DNA from: the human T2T-CHM13v2.0 reference genome, Homo sapiens
Direction: 5' to 3' (one strand)
NCBI RefSeq assembly: GCF_009914755.1
Contig: NC_060929.1
DNA: 64,000 nt
The notes under the pieces are model-generated. The model did no database searches. It worked only from the letters and a program-made list of their open reading frames with translations, and was not told the DNA's origin. The position numbers and the translations under genes are program-made. This document shows, piece after piece, positions 16,191-29,323 of the stretch. Numbering within the stretch: the stretch's first letter is position 1; every line of letters begins with the position of its first letter.

Positions 16191-16713
16191 TCTCTGTTAA
16201 TTAAACTGCAGTCTGTAGATAGTATCTTTGTAACAGGTTCAATCCTTAGGGCATCATTTTTCCATACCTTGATTATTGACTCATATAACTCAGATCTGCT
16301 GTTATGACATCCAGATGGAATTTCTCTGCTGAAGGCTTATGTTGAAGTCGCCCTCAGAAACCAAGAGTCTACCCGGAAGGCCAACTTCAGTGGATAATGT
16401 GTGTGGGCTGCCAGCTTTTCCAGTGTGATACTAGTGGGGGCAGGCTTCCAAGCCACATATGGGTAAGTGTTTTCCTGTGTCTTCCTGCTCCGTGGTCTTC
16501 CTCCAGATTCCCAGCCTGTGCAACTCCCTGTTGATTGAGGTCCTCATCCTCACGGTCACAGGCTTGCTCTCTGTGACTCTGTTGACCAGAGGGAGGTGCT
16601 GTGGTTTCCACAGACCCACCCTGTGATAGGTATTCTCAGAGCCAAGACAACCAGTTCTGCGTGAGTCTGTCTGTGCCTGAGTCAGTGTGCTGAGATCCAC
16701 ATTTAAAATAGTA

Positions 16714-17007
16714 GGCCAGGCGCAGTGACTCATACCTGCAATTCCAGAACTGTGGGAGGCTGAGGCAGGAAGATTGCTTGAGGTCAGGATTTTGAGATCA
16801 GCCTGGAAAACATAGTGAGACCTCATCTCTACTCAAAACAGAAAATTAGCCAGGCATGGTGGTGCACACTTGTGCTTCCAGCTACTCAGGAGGCTGAGGC
16901 AGGAGGATCACTTGAGGCCCGGAGTTCGAGGCTGCAGTGAGCTGTGATTGAGCCACTGCACTCCAGCCTGGCCAAAAGAGTGAGACCAAGTCTCAAAAAA
17001 AAAAAAA
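16714..17007 (+). mobile_element. AluJ
   Basis: Dimer with J-type ggaggatcacttgagg and ggagttcgaggctgcagtgagctgtgatt; poly-A. Confidence 0.92.
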
Positions 17008-17359
17008 GTAAAATGCACACTGTCTGGGTGACAACCACTCTGTTGAATGCAGTTTGGCAAGTCCTCTGTAGACTGCAGGAATATCTTTTATTCCAGAAAC
17101 CTGTGGGTGGACGCCTGAGAGGGGACACTGTGAGCACATGCAGCTCACGATTTCAGAAGCATGGACTTCCGAGAGCTCGCAGTCCCAGCGACTCAGGAGC
17201 CCGCACGTGTCTGCATGTGGGACTCACACCTCCTGCCCTCTCCATGGCCCAAGTGACCATCTTCTCAGGCTTGAACTGAACAGGTTTCTAACTGGACTAG
17301 ACAGGTTTTTTCTCCAGGTCCAGACCAGGGGCAGAGGGGAATTCCAGAATGGGACTCTG

Positions 17360-17860
17360 AGCATTTCTTTCCTTTGCCTAAAACCCTCTCATATGGGTCT
17401 CTACTGCCCTTGGAGAAAATCCAGAATTCTCTCTTGGTCTTCAAGTGGTGCTGCGTGATCCGGCCTTTGCTCAACTCTCTGGCCCCATCTCCCATCCCTC
17501 CCCGCTTAACTGATGGTTTACTGTGGGGGCCTCGCTCTGGGATGCACCCGGGCCAAGGTCCCTCCTGCCTTGGGGCCTTGCACATGCTCTCCTCCCTCCC
17601 TGGAGGGGCCACCGCTTCCCCACCTCACCCAGGGAGGCTTTCTCATTCTTCAGGTCTCAGTTTGGATATCAGTTGTCCCAGACCAGGGGAAATCCCCTCT
17701 TCCTATGGTCTTCACTGAAACGCTTTGCAGCATTGCACTTCATTCACTGTTTCCGTGATTGCTTCACTTCTGTCTTTCCTGTGTAGACTCCACAGCAAGC
17801 GCCCTTTGTCTCAAGCCCAGGGATAAGAATGAGCTGGCTTAGAATCTATCGAATGAAAGT
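17360..17860 (+). mobile_element. L2 fragment
   Basis: taaaaccctc..ctactgcccttggagaaaatcc, ggggccttgcacatgctctcc, ttcaggtctcagttt are L2-like. Confidence 0.6.
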
Positions 17861-17872
17861 CTATGATACCTC

Positions 17873-18181
<309 letters not shown>

Positions 18182-20478
18182 TTATCATGTTTCCGGAAAG
18201 GAAATATTTAAAGCTTTGCTATAATAGGTGGTTGAATGCAAAGAAAAAGACATCATAGTCAGTCTCCTTGTGCTAAAAACTAAAATCTCTCCCTGTTCCT
18301 TTAGAGCTGATCTCTCCATCTCAGCCGCTCTTGACACTGGGGCTGCGTTGTCTTTGTCCTGGGGTTGTCCTGTTGGGTTGTAGGCTGTTTGGTGCCATTG
18401 CTGTCCTCTCTCATGAGAAGCCAGCAGCACTGGTGTGCAGTAGGCAATAAAAAATGTCTGGAAGGACATGGCAGTGGTCCCTGAAAGGCAACATGGGCCT
18501 AGGATGAGAACCCCTGACATGAGATTTTAACCATAAGCAGCCAGCTTCAGGCTGTAAGCATGAGATCCCTCCCACCTGCGCGACATTTGCTCATCCTCGA
18601 GTGCCCACACAGGCTTCATACGTACTTTAAAGTGCCATCCTTTTGGGCTTTTTCTGCAATAGACTCCAACTAAATATTAGGGCTTTAGACTTCCTTTTTC
18701 TTTTGCACTGGCCTTTCTGAATGCTGCTAAATCTATCCAGTGTGGAAGCTCAGCTCCTGAGTGAGCCGTAAATATTCCCCGATGCAGTTAGTATTGTTTT
18801 ACCTGGAATGACACATTATCTCCATGTTAGAGATGCTACTGTGGCTCAGGGTCTCAAGGACCCTGAAACTCTTCTGTCATTCCTGTTTTCACTCTAATTT
18901 CTCAAAATGACTTTTTGAACATTGGGGAATACTTCACGTGTTTGGAAAGGAAGGCATTTGAGGAGATACTTTAAAATAATAAAAGGGAGGAGTTGGAAAG
19001 GAGACGCAGTGACCGTCTGGGTAGGCCCTAGGTGGGGGCCGTGTCAGGGCCGCTTGATGAATGGAGGCTCCAGGGGCCCCCTATTTGTTCAGTGCTCTTG
19101 TTCTGATACAACTGCGCACAAAACCGGCATTGAAGTGTCTGCCATGAAAACATAACATCACCTGACAACGGTCAGCCCACAGGGCATTGCCTTGAGAAGG
19201 CCATATTGTTCTGCGGGGCCGGGGCCCTGGCCCACGGGGTCCTGAGACGTGAAGTCGAGCGAGGCATGCGGAAGACTTTCCAGTACATTAGAAAGGACCT
19301 GGCCGCCTCCCATCAATACTGCCCCAGCCCGAGCCTGACAGATGAGAAAACACGGAGAAAGCTCTCCTCTGACTTCCAAGTCCTCCTTTCTCTCCTTAAA
19401 ACCCAGAGATCAGTGGCCCAGAGCCGAGCGGACTCACAGCCGTGGGTCTGAAAATCCTCGGGGTGGACGGCTGTGGCTGCCTCATTTTAGTGTCTGCCTG
19501 TGGCTGGGCATTTTACATTTCCACTTTTTCCGGGTTTGAGACTAATCACGACCCCCGCCCGGAATGTTTACCTTGCAAACCACAAGCCATTAAGCGTTCA
19601 GGGCCACACCCAGGCCACCAAAGCCTCAACCACCTTCTGCTAATGGTTTTAAAGTGCTCCTTCCACTCCTAAAGAGAAAGAATATTTCACGTCAATGCTC
19701 ATACTTAATTAATTTACATTTTATTTTAAATACAAATAGGAAAATCAACATTAAATTATCACATAAAACAGCCATGAAAGGAATTTTTTGTGTGGATAAA
19801 TAACGCACAAAGACCTTCATGGATTTTTAGCACATTTTACTCTACAAACATCTTGTGTTTGGGATTATAGTTGGATTGTTTGAATATACCACGAGTTCAT
19901 TTTCCGCCACTTTTAACACCAATTCCACCCCTCAATGTTCTTATTAATGACCCTTTTGCTTTTATTATTATTTATTTTAAATTTTACATTGTTGTGCAAC
20001 TATCACCATCGTTCCTCTGCACGTTTTTTTTTCTTGCAAAACTGAAACCTTTGCCCAATAAACAATGATTTTCCATTCCGTTTCTCTTCACCCGCTGGAA
20101 ACCACCATTCTGTTTTCTGTCACTATGAATTTGACCACCTTCGGCACCTTAAATAGGTGGAATCTTACAACATGCGTCCTTCCGTGACCAGCTTATTTTA
20201 CGTGGCATCATGTCTTCAAGGTGCAAACATGTTGTAGCGTGTGTCAGAATTGTCTTCATTTCTGCGACTGAGTAATGTTCCATATGGAGACGCCTCCTTT
20301 GGTTTATCCATTCATCCATCCATGAACAGTTGGGCTGCTTCCCCGTCTTGGCTATGGTGAATCATGCTGCTACGAGCATGGGTGTACGAATATCTCTCTG
20401 AGACCTTGCTTTCAGTTTCTTTAGATATTTACCCAGAAGTGAAATCGCTGGGGCATATGGAATTCTGTGTTGTTTCTC

Positions 20479-21073
<595 letters not shown>

Positions 21074-21529
21074 GTAATTCTGTTTTTAATTTTTGGGAAT
21101 CACCGTATTGTTTTTCTCTGTGGCTGCATTATTTTACGTTCTCACCACAGTGCACAAGGGTTCCAGATGTTCCACATCCTTGCCAACACAATTGTTTTTG
21201 TTTTTATTTGTTTGTTTTTGATAGTAGCCATCCTAATGGATGTAAGGTGTGGTGGTTCTTTTTATACAATTTGAAGTTGCAGAGTTGATATCAGTGATAA
21301 CGTGAAAAATTACAGTACCAATAGTGTTTTGATATTTTCTCAGAAAATGCCTATTTGTTTGTTTTATTTTAGCCTTCAAATGTTCTAAAATACATTTATA
21401 ATTTATAAAATTTGTAAAACCGAGGCCCCAAGAAACACACAGTTATTGAGCGCATTTGACCACAGGGAGGTTCTTTGCTTTCTGGCTCTAGGATGAGCCC
21501 CGGTGCTGATGGCAAAGCCTGTGCTTAGC

Positions 21530-22110
21530 CCAGAATAGACGCTGCGGCTCCTTGTCATGTCAGCCTGAGCTGACCAATGTAATTTTGGTACTGAGAAGTG
21601 GAAGGCTGTTGTCACAGATGTCTAACAATGTGGAAGTGGCTTTGGAATTGGGCATTAGTTAGCGTGTGGAAGAGATCTGAGGTTCATGTTAGAAAGATCT
21701 CAGGTCACTTTGAAGAGATCATTGGTAGAAATATAGATGTTTAAGGCCATTTTGGTGAATGCTCAGAAAGAAAAGAAGAGAACTGTAGAGAAAGCTTCCA
21801 TCACCTTAGAGAACAAAAATATCATCATGAACATAATATGGGTAGAAATATGAACATGAAAGGCTCTTATGATGAGATGTCAAATGAACATAAACAGCAT
21901 ATTATTGGAAAATGGAAAAAAGGCAATCTTTGTCATAAAGTGGCAGAGACTTTGGCTGAATTTTGCTGGAGTGTTTCCTAGAAATTAGACTTTGAAAATG
22001 ATGGCCTTTGACACTGAGCTGAGGAGATTTCTAGGCAAAGTGTTGAAGGCTCAGCCTGTTTATCTTTATTGCTTATAGAAAAATGTTGGGAAGGAGAGAA
22101 ATGGAAGAAG
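21530..22110 (+). mobile_element. MaLR (MLT1/MST) LTR 3' remnant plus internal sequence
   Basis: LTR-like end cagcctgagctgaccaatgta, then attttggtactgagaagtgg, aatgtggaagtggctttggaattggg, ttgtcataaagtggcagagactttggctgaa. Confidence 0.75.
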
Positions 22111-22293
22111 AGATGACTCATGGCCACTGAGCGTTGGGTTCATGGAAGTTGTGATGACCAGAAGGCAAGGATTTGGAGTCAGAAATGCCTGTACTCATCT
22201 CTGTTCCTCTTCATTTTTTAGTGTGGTTGACACACTCCTGTGCAGATTGTCCCTGATGCCAAAAATGCAACTCCTGTTTTGCTCAAGGATTAC

Positions 22294-22537
22294 TTTGGGT
22301 TTCCCTGAGACAAGGTCTCTACTACAGGCAGTTTACTTGGGAGGTGGTCCCAGGAAGGGGAAGTAAAGGAGTGGAACGGTGATTGGGAAGGGAAACCTAA
22401 TGAAGTGTGTGTAAATAAGCTGGTTGACTGCCATGGACCACTGGTGTCCTGAGTACCTGATTGCTCACACCTTAAAATAGTCCCACTGGAGTCAGTGGGG
22501 CTGCCCTGGCCCCATCCCACTGACTGAGGGTTGCTCC
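22294..22537 (-). mobile_element. ERVL LTR fragment (LTR33/LTR16-like)
   Basis: gcagtttacttgggaggtggtcccaggaag..gggaagggaaacctaatgaagtgtg resembles antisense LTR33-type sequence. Confidence 0.6.
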
Positions 22538-22692
22538 TTTAATAAAAATAAAAAACATTTATTTATTTTTTTTTTTAAATAGAGATGGGGTCTCACTGTG
22601 TTACCCAGCCTGGTCCCGAACTCCTGGCCTCAGTCCTTCTACCAGGCCTCCCAAAGGGCTGAGATTACAGGCATGAGCTGCCACGCCTGGCC
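22538..22692 (-). mobile_element. FLAM (free left Alu monomer)
   Basis: Single left monomer; TSD gagggt(t/c)gctc at 22526 and 22693. Confidence 0.85.
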
Positions 22693-22727
22693 GAGGGTCG
22701 CTCTTGACCATCAATTTCACTTCTCGG

Positions 22728-22783
22728 ATGTTCTCTGAGTAGGATTATACAGCATATGTTCTCTGAGTAGGATCATACAGCAT
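22728..22783. repeat. 28-bp tandem duplication
   Basis: atgttctctgagtaggat(t/c)atacagcat x2, one mismatch. Confidence 0.93.
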
Positions 22784-22880
22784 ATGTCCTTTGGGACTGG
22801 GTTTTCTTCATTTGGTATGCTTCTTTGCTGATTCTTTCAGGTTGTGGTGTGTATTAACAGTTCATTCTTATTATTGTTGA

Positions 22881-23105
<225 letters not shown>

Positions 23106-23738
23106 TAAAGCTGCTATGAACATTTTGTAACAGGTTTTTGTGTGAACACAAGTTTTCATTTCTCTGGAATAAGTGACCAGGACTGCTGGTTTACATGGTA
23201 TTTACATGCACGGTTCTTAAAGAAACTGCCAAGCTATTTTTCCTCTTTTCTAATATAAACATTTGGTGCTGTAAATTTCTCTGTTAGCACTGTTTTACCA
23301 GCGTCCTGCAAACTTTGATATATTGTATTTTTCTTTTCATTCAGTTCAATGTACATTTTATTTCCTGTGAGGTTTCTTTTTTGACTCATAGATTATCTAG
23401 ACTTATGTGGTTTAGTTTCCAAGTCTGAGAGAATTTCTTCTTATGTTTCTGTAATTGATTATAGTTTGACTCCATTGTAATTAAAGAATGTACGCTGTAT
23501 GACTAAAATTCTTTTAAATTTGTTCAGGTTTGTTTTATGACTAGGATATCATTCATGTTGGCATGTGTTTTGTGGGTGCTTAAAAATAATGTGTGTTCTG
23601 CTGTTGATGAGTAGAGTATTCAATAAATGTTGACTAAATCTTGTTGATTGATTCAGTTGTTGTGCTCTTCTATATCCTTGTTGATTTTCTGTATCAGTTG
23701 TTTATTCATTTGGATTTTTAAGTTATTTTATTAATACT

Positions 23739-23815
23739 TCCTTTACTTCCCCTTCCTGGGACCACCTTCCATGTAAACTACCTGTAGTCGAGACCTTGTC
23801 TCAGGGAAACCCAAA
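23739..23815. repeat. 77-bp inverted copy of 22294-22370
   Basis: 73/77 identical to the reverse complement, no gaps. Confidence 0.95.
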
Positions 23816-24137
23816 TAATAAAGACAAATAATTGTGAATTTGTCTACTTGTCCTTTCAGTTCTATCAATTTTGGTTCACATATTTCTCTGCTATGTTGTT
23901 TGGTGTATACACATTTAGAATTGCTGTGTCTTCTTGATAGATTTACCCTCTATCATTGTGTAAGTTATCATTCTGTCCCTGTTAACTTTTTTGCTCTGAA
24001 GTCTACTTTACCTGATATTAATATTGTCATTCATACTTGTTTTTCTTTGATTATTGTTTGCATGATACATCTGTTTTTACTACTTCTTCTTTTTTTTTTT
24101 TAACCTACTTATATTTTTAGGATTGAAATGAGTTTCA

Positions 24138-24330
24138 TTTTTTTTCTTTTTCTTTTTTTTTTTTTAGATAGTCTTATTCTGTTGCCCAGTGTGGTATGCA
24201 GTGGTGTGATCTCAGCTCACCACAACCTCTGCCTCCCAGGTTGAAGTGATTCTTCTGCCTCAGCCTCCTGAGTAGCTGGGATTACTGGCACCCGCCACCA
24301 TGCCTGGATAATTTTTGAATTTTTTAATTT

Positions 24331-24367
<37 letters not shown>

Positions 24368-24486
24368 GTAGAGATGGGGTTTCATCATATTGGCCAGGCT
24401 GGTCTAGAATTCCTTAGCTCAAGTGATCCACATACCTCAGCCTCCCAAAGGGCTAGGATGACAGGTGTGAGCCACCATGCCTGGCC
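24138..24486 (-). mobile_element. AluS (Sx/Sz-like) with (ATTT)n expansion in the linker
   Basis: Full antisense dimer; TSD core tgagtttc on both sides; ATTT array ~24326-24366. Confidence 0.93.
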
Positions 24487-25429
24487 AAAAGTGAGTTTCT
24501 TATAGATCATATACAATACAATTTGATCATGTGTGTGATTTTTTGGTTTGTTCGTTTGTTTTAAATCCACTCTGAAATCTCTATCCTTTAGTTGGTGTGT
24601 CCAGAACATTTACATTTAATGAAATTATAAATATATTAGCACTTTTCAGCAATTTTACTTTTTGTTTTTTTTCTGTTTGTTCTCTTTGGTTTAATGTTCT
24701 CTTTTCTTTTTCCTGCCTTTCAATGGGTTACTTAAACACTTTTTGGAGTATCATTTTAATTCATCTGTAGTGTTTTTGAGTCTATTTCTTTATATAGCTT
24801 GCTTACAGGTTGCTCTAGGTATTTTATTAAATATGCATAACTTATAAGCCTAATGGTGTTATCATTTTACCAGTTCAAATGAGTTGTAGAAATTTAACCT
24901 TCCATCTGTTCTGATACCTTTTCCTATTTATAATACAATTATTTTGCATTTCTGCTATATACATTTAAAACCATATTCAGTGTTATATTATTTTGCTTAA
25001 GTCCTCAAACATGATTTAGAAAATTCTAGAGGTGAAGGAGGATATGTTGCATTATTCATATATTTACTTTTCTCCATTGTTCTTTCTTTCTTCTTGAGGT
25101 TCCAACATTCTTACTTTTATTATTTTCTGGTAGTAAACTTTCTTTAGCTATTCTTTTGAAGTGTAGATGCTGGTAAAAAACTTTCTTAATTTTATTCAAC
25201 TGAGAAAGCTTTGATTTCCTTCCTTCATTCACAAAATACGTCTTAACTGGATATGATAGTTCTTTTCTTTTCAGCACTTGAAAAATACACTCCTTTTTTT
25301 CTGGCCTCTGTAGTTTCATCTGAGAAATTCTCTATCATTCAAGTTTTTCTTCTGTAGGTAAAGTGTCATTTCTGATCACTGCTTTAAATTTTGTTTGTCT
25401 TTAATTTTCAGAAGTTTGACTATGATGTG

Positions 25430-25808
25430 TGTCTTGGTCAGTCTGGGCTACAGTAACAAAAAAACCACTGGGTGGCTTAAATATTGGAAATTGATTTCTC
25501 ACAGTTCTGGAGGCTGGCAAGTGTAAGATCAAGGTGCCAGTTAATTCAGTTCCTGATGAGGGTCATCTTTGCAGTTTTTCTGGTTAGGTTCTCAAATGTC
25601 TTTTCCTTGGTGTAAACAGGCAGAAGGAAAGAGAGATCTTGTGTCTCTTCCTCTTCTAATAAATGCATTAATCCTATCATGAGGCTCAACCCTTATGACC
25701 TCATCTAAACCTAATTATCTCCCAAAGGCTCCCCTTCAAATCCATCAAATTGAGAATTAGGACGTCAACATATGCATTTTGAGGGGACACAAACATTCAG
25801 TCATAGCA
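25430..25808 (-). mobile_element. MLT1A-type MaLR solo LTR
   Basis: tttctcacagttctggaggctgg, aagatcaaggtgcca, atgacctcatctaaacctaatta, ggggacacaaacattcagtcatagca; 5-bp TSD atgtg at 25425 and 25809. Confidence 0.92.
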
Positions 25809-26328
25809 ATGTGTCTTGGTGTTTATTTCTTTGGATTTATTCTGTTTGAGATTTGCTTAGTCTCTTGAAATTGTGTATTTATGTGCTTTGCCAGATTTGA
25901 AAAGTTTTCAGTCATTTTTTTTTTTTTTAGGTTATGTTTTTGCCCCTGCTCTCTTTCTCCTCTCCTTCCTGCACTCCACTGACAGAAAACTTAGGTAGTT
26001 TGACATAGTCCAACATGTCTGAGGGGCTTTTTATATTTATTTTTTAGTCTGTTTGCTTTCTGCTTTTCAGATTGGGTATTTTGCATTTTTAAACCTTTGA
26101 GTTCATGTATTAATTCTCCTATCTTCTCTATTCTGACGTTTAGCCTATCTATTGTTATTTTTAAAATTACACTCACTGTATTTTTTTCCATTCTGAAATT
26201 TCCAAATGGTTCTTCTCTATGTATATGATTTTACTTGCTGAGACTTTTTATTTTTCCCATTTGTTTGTTTCCATTTGTTTCACAAATGTTTGTAGTTGAT
26301 TGATGGAGCAATTTTATGATGACGGTTT

Positions 26329-26472
26329 AAAAATCTTCATCAGAGAACTCCGACATCTCTGCCATCTCGATATATACACGCCTCAGTGTCTATTTTCTAT
26401 AAAAATCTTCATCAGAGAACTCCGACACCTCTGCCATCTCGATATATACACACCTCAGTGTCTACTTTCTAT
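26329..26472. repeat. 72-bp tandem duplication
   Basis: 26329-26400 vs 26401-26472, 3 mismatches. Confidence 0.96.
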
Positions 26473-27149
26473 TGATTTGTGCACAACCACAGGACAATTT
26501 TTAAATTCAGGAAACGATCATCGATGCAATGCGAAAACTTATTTCTAATTCATATTAAAAGTTCCATCAATTATCTAATAATGTTCTTTACAGCATATTT
26601 TTTTTTAAACAGGACACTCTTGAGAACGAAAGGGGGTACTCGTGGAAACAGACATAAACCTGAAACATCTGTGCAAACCTGGACATAGCATCACTCCTGA
26701 ATCACAGCACCCAAGGGAGCTGCACTTAGTTAGGAGGCAGGAGCTAACCCATAGGAGCGGGAGGCCGGGAGCCGAGGAGAGGGGCCTGGAGGGCTGGTGG
26801 CAGGGAGACGAAGGTGCTCTCTTCTGCCTGCTCTCCTTTGCTAAGAGACGTGAGGAGCAGGCCATTCACCTAGGCAGGGGAGAACAAGTCAGGAGGAGTG
26901 AGGGGCAGGGAGGAGGCAGAAATGGTTGACTCTAGAATGGAAGCCGGAATTATCCAGGGTGAGAGGGAAGGTTGTCAGCACACCTGCCTGCTGGCTCTGG
27001 GGTCACACCTCTGGCTTTTCTTCCTGAAATAATTACGTAGTTTAAAGCAGAACTAGCATTGTAAAATAATCTCCACTAATTTGGCTTGTCAGGCTACACA
27101 TCAAACTACTTACTTGAATTCATTTAGATTTAAAACATTTTTTTGTCCT

Positions 27150-28025
27150 CAGTGATCCGAGAGCCTTGAATGGGAGACAAACTGTGTACGGGAATCACGC
27201 ACAACCCACAAAGTCTAGATTCATCAGAATGCAGTGAATCCAGTGGGAAGACAGTATTAAGGGGGTAAGGAGGTGGGGGAGCACTGATTAACACTTTAAT
27301 CAGGCCAGGCAGACTGAAAAGACAGCATTGGAGATGAGTTCAGAGGGAGAGGAGAGGAGCTGTGGGCAGGAGGAGTCCACGGGGAGAGCACTCCAGGCTG
27401 GAGGACCAGCCATGGCAAAACCTCCAGGTAGGAACGTGGCTGCGGCTGAGCCTATGAGAGACTCTAGGGAGGTATGTGAGGGGGAGGGAAGGGGCAGAAG
27501 AAGTCAGAGAGGCCACTGTGGGCATTTGCTGAGTGTGGTGGGGAATCTGGCACCGCGAAGGCCAGGGTCCGGCTCCTGTTTTTTGAGAATCACACTGGTT
27601 GCTGGGTAACCGGAGGCTACATGAGGTCTCAGCCCCACAGGGAGGCCAGGGCAGGTCATCAGTGGTGGCTCAATCCCTGCGGCAGCCATGGAGATTGAAG
27701 AGAAATGGTCAAATTTAGGATATCTCAGAAATAAAGCTGAGAGAATGTGCTGAAGAGTTGGGTGGAGGTTCGTGGTTTGGCCTGAACCACAAGAAGGGTG
27801 CAGTTCCCATCAACTGAGATGGGGAAAGCCGGGGGCCAGGCTGGGCCAGGCAGGAAAAGCAGACCTTCATTTGCAGGCAGGACATTTTGAGGGACTGAGG
27901 AGACATCCAGGTGGACCTATTAACCTAGTCACTGGGGTAGAGGAGAACGATCGGAGCTGCAGATACACCTTTGAGAGCCATTAGCATAAAGATGACGCTT
28001 AAAATCAGGATGAGAGGGAGATTCT
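27150..28025 (-). mobile_element. L2 (L2a-like) fragment
   Basis: G-rich antisense L2: agcactccaggctggagg, gagaatcacactggttgctg, gagaaatggtcaaatttaggatat, actgagatggggaa, agacatccaggtgga. Confidence 0.7.
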
Positions 28026-28033
28026 CTTGTCCT

Positions 28034-28620
28034 TACTACTTAAAATGTGCACGTCCCCACTCCCAACCCCCCAGCAGCCCCAGCAGCCTTACTCATATTT
28101 GTTAAAAACACAGAATCTCTGTGTCCATGAGTTCTCATCATTTAGCTCCCACTTATAAGTGAGAACATGTGGAATCTGGGTTCCTGTTCCTAAGTTAGTT
28201 TGCTAAGAATAATGTCCTCCAGCTTCATCCATCTTCCTGCAAAGGACATGATGTGGCTCTTTTTTTATGGCTGCATAGTATTCCACTATCTAGATGTACC
28301 ACATTTTCTTTATTCAGTCTATCATTGAAACAACACACACTGTGGTCTACCAGAAGGTAGAGGGTGGGAGGAGGGAAGAGGATCAGGAAAAATCACTAAT
28401 GGGTAACAGGCTTAATACCTGGGTGACAAAATACCCTGTACAACAAAACCCTGGGGTACAAGTTTACCTACACAACAAACCTGCACAAGAGCCCTGAACT
28501 TAAAATAAAACTTAAAAAACATGCAGAATCTCTGGTCCCACCCCGACCTTGGACTCAGTCTTCATTTTAATAAGCTCCCCACAGGATCTGTAGTTATCTT
28601 AGGATGTGAGGAGCCCCTGC
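28034..28620. mobile_element. MER5A-like hAT-Charlie element split by an L1
   Basis: actacttaaaatgtg..ttgttaaaaa / atgcagaatctctggtcccaccccgacc..cattttaataagctcccca. Confidence 0.6.
28121..28519 (+). mobile_element. 5'-truncated, 5'-inverted L1PA (L1PA11-13-like); 28121-28328 inverted, 28329-28519 sense
   Basis: Antisense catttagctcccacttataagtgagaacatg joined to sense aacaacacacact..gatcaggaaaaat..ccctgaacttaaaataaaa; TSD core cagaatctct on both sides. Confidence 0.9.
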
Positions 28621-29008
28621 CCTGGGAGATTTTATGTGGACAGCAAAGTGAAGAAGTGAGTGCTGGAGCCCTCAGATGTTCCAAGATCAGGGAGAAGAAC
28701 AGGCGCTTGTGTAGCAGACAGTGAAGGAATGCTTCCTGGATAAACCCAAGGCAGGCTGTGACAGCGCAGAGCCCTGGAAGCAATGAGCCGAGGTGTATGC
28801 GGGGACGGAGGGACCAGTGCCAGGGATCCTCTCGCAGAAGGCTCAGGACAGCAAGACTTCCCTTTATGGAACACATGGCTAGATGGAGGGCCTTTTACAG
28901 ACAGCGTGAGGAGAAGAAAAACTGGAGACAGTGAGGATGAAGTATGAGACGTATGTGGGTGAGGCGTTGGACACAGCCCTGTGAGGTCGGGAGAACTTTC
29001 TTTATTTC

Positions 29009-29323
29009 CTTTTTGTTGTTATTGTTGTTGTTGTTATTGAGACAGGGTCTGGCTCTGTCTCCCAGGCTGGAGTGCAGTGATGCAATCATGGTTGGCTGCA
29101 GCCTCAAAATCCCCGGCTCAGGCTATCCTTCCACCTTAGCTTCCCAAGTAGCTGGGACTACAGGGCTGCACCGCCACGCCTGGCTAATTTTGTAACTTTT
29201 TGTAGAGAAGGGGTCCCGTTATGTTGCTCAGGCTGGTCTAGAACTCCTGGCATCAGGCGATCCTCACACCTTGACCTTCCAAAGTGCTGGGAGCCACCTA
29301 GGCTTGAGCCACTATGCTCAGCC
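29009..29323 (-). mobile_element. AluJ with (TTG)n tail
   Basis: gagacagggtctggctctgtc..ctgcagcctc..tatgttgctcaggctggtc..gctcagcc. Confidence 0.9.

Noticed and set aside
19206-19451. 81-aa ORF with protein-like composition
   Set aside because: Non-ATG start, no recognised homology, no convincing splice pair
26300-26548. ORF with a repeated 24-aa peptide
   Set aside because: Caused by the 72-bp DNA duplication; no other coding evidence
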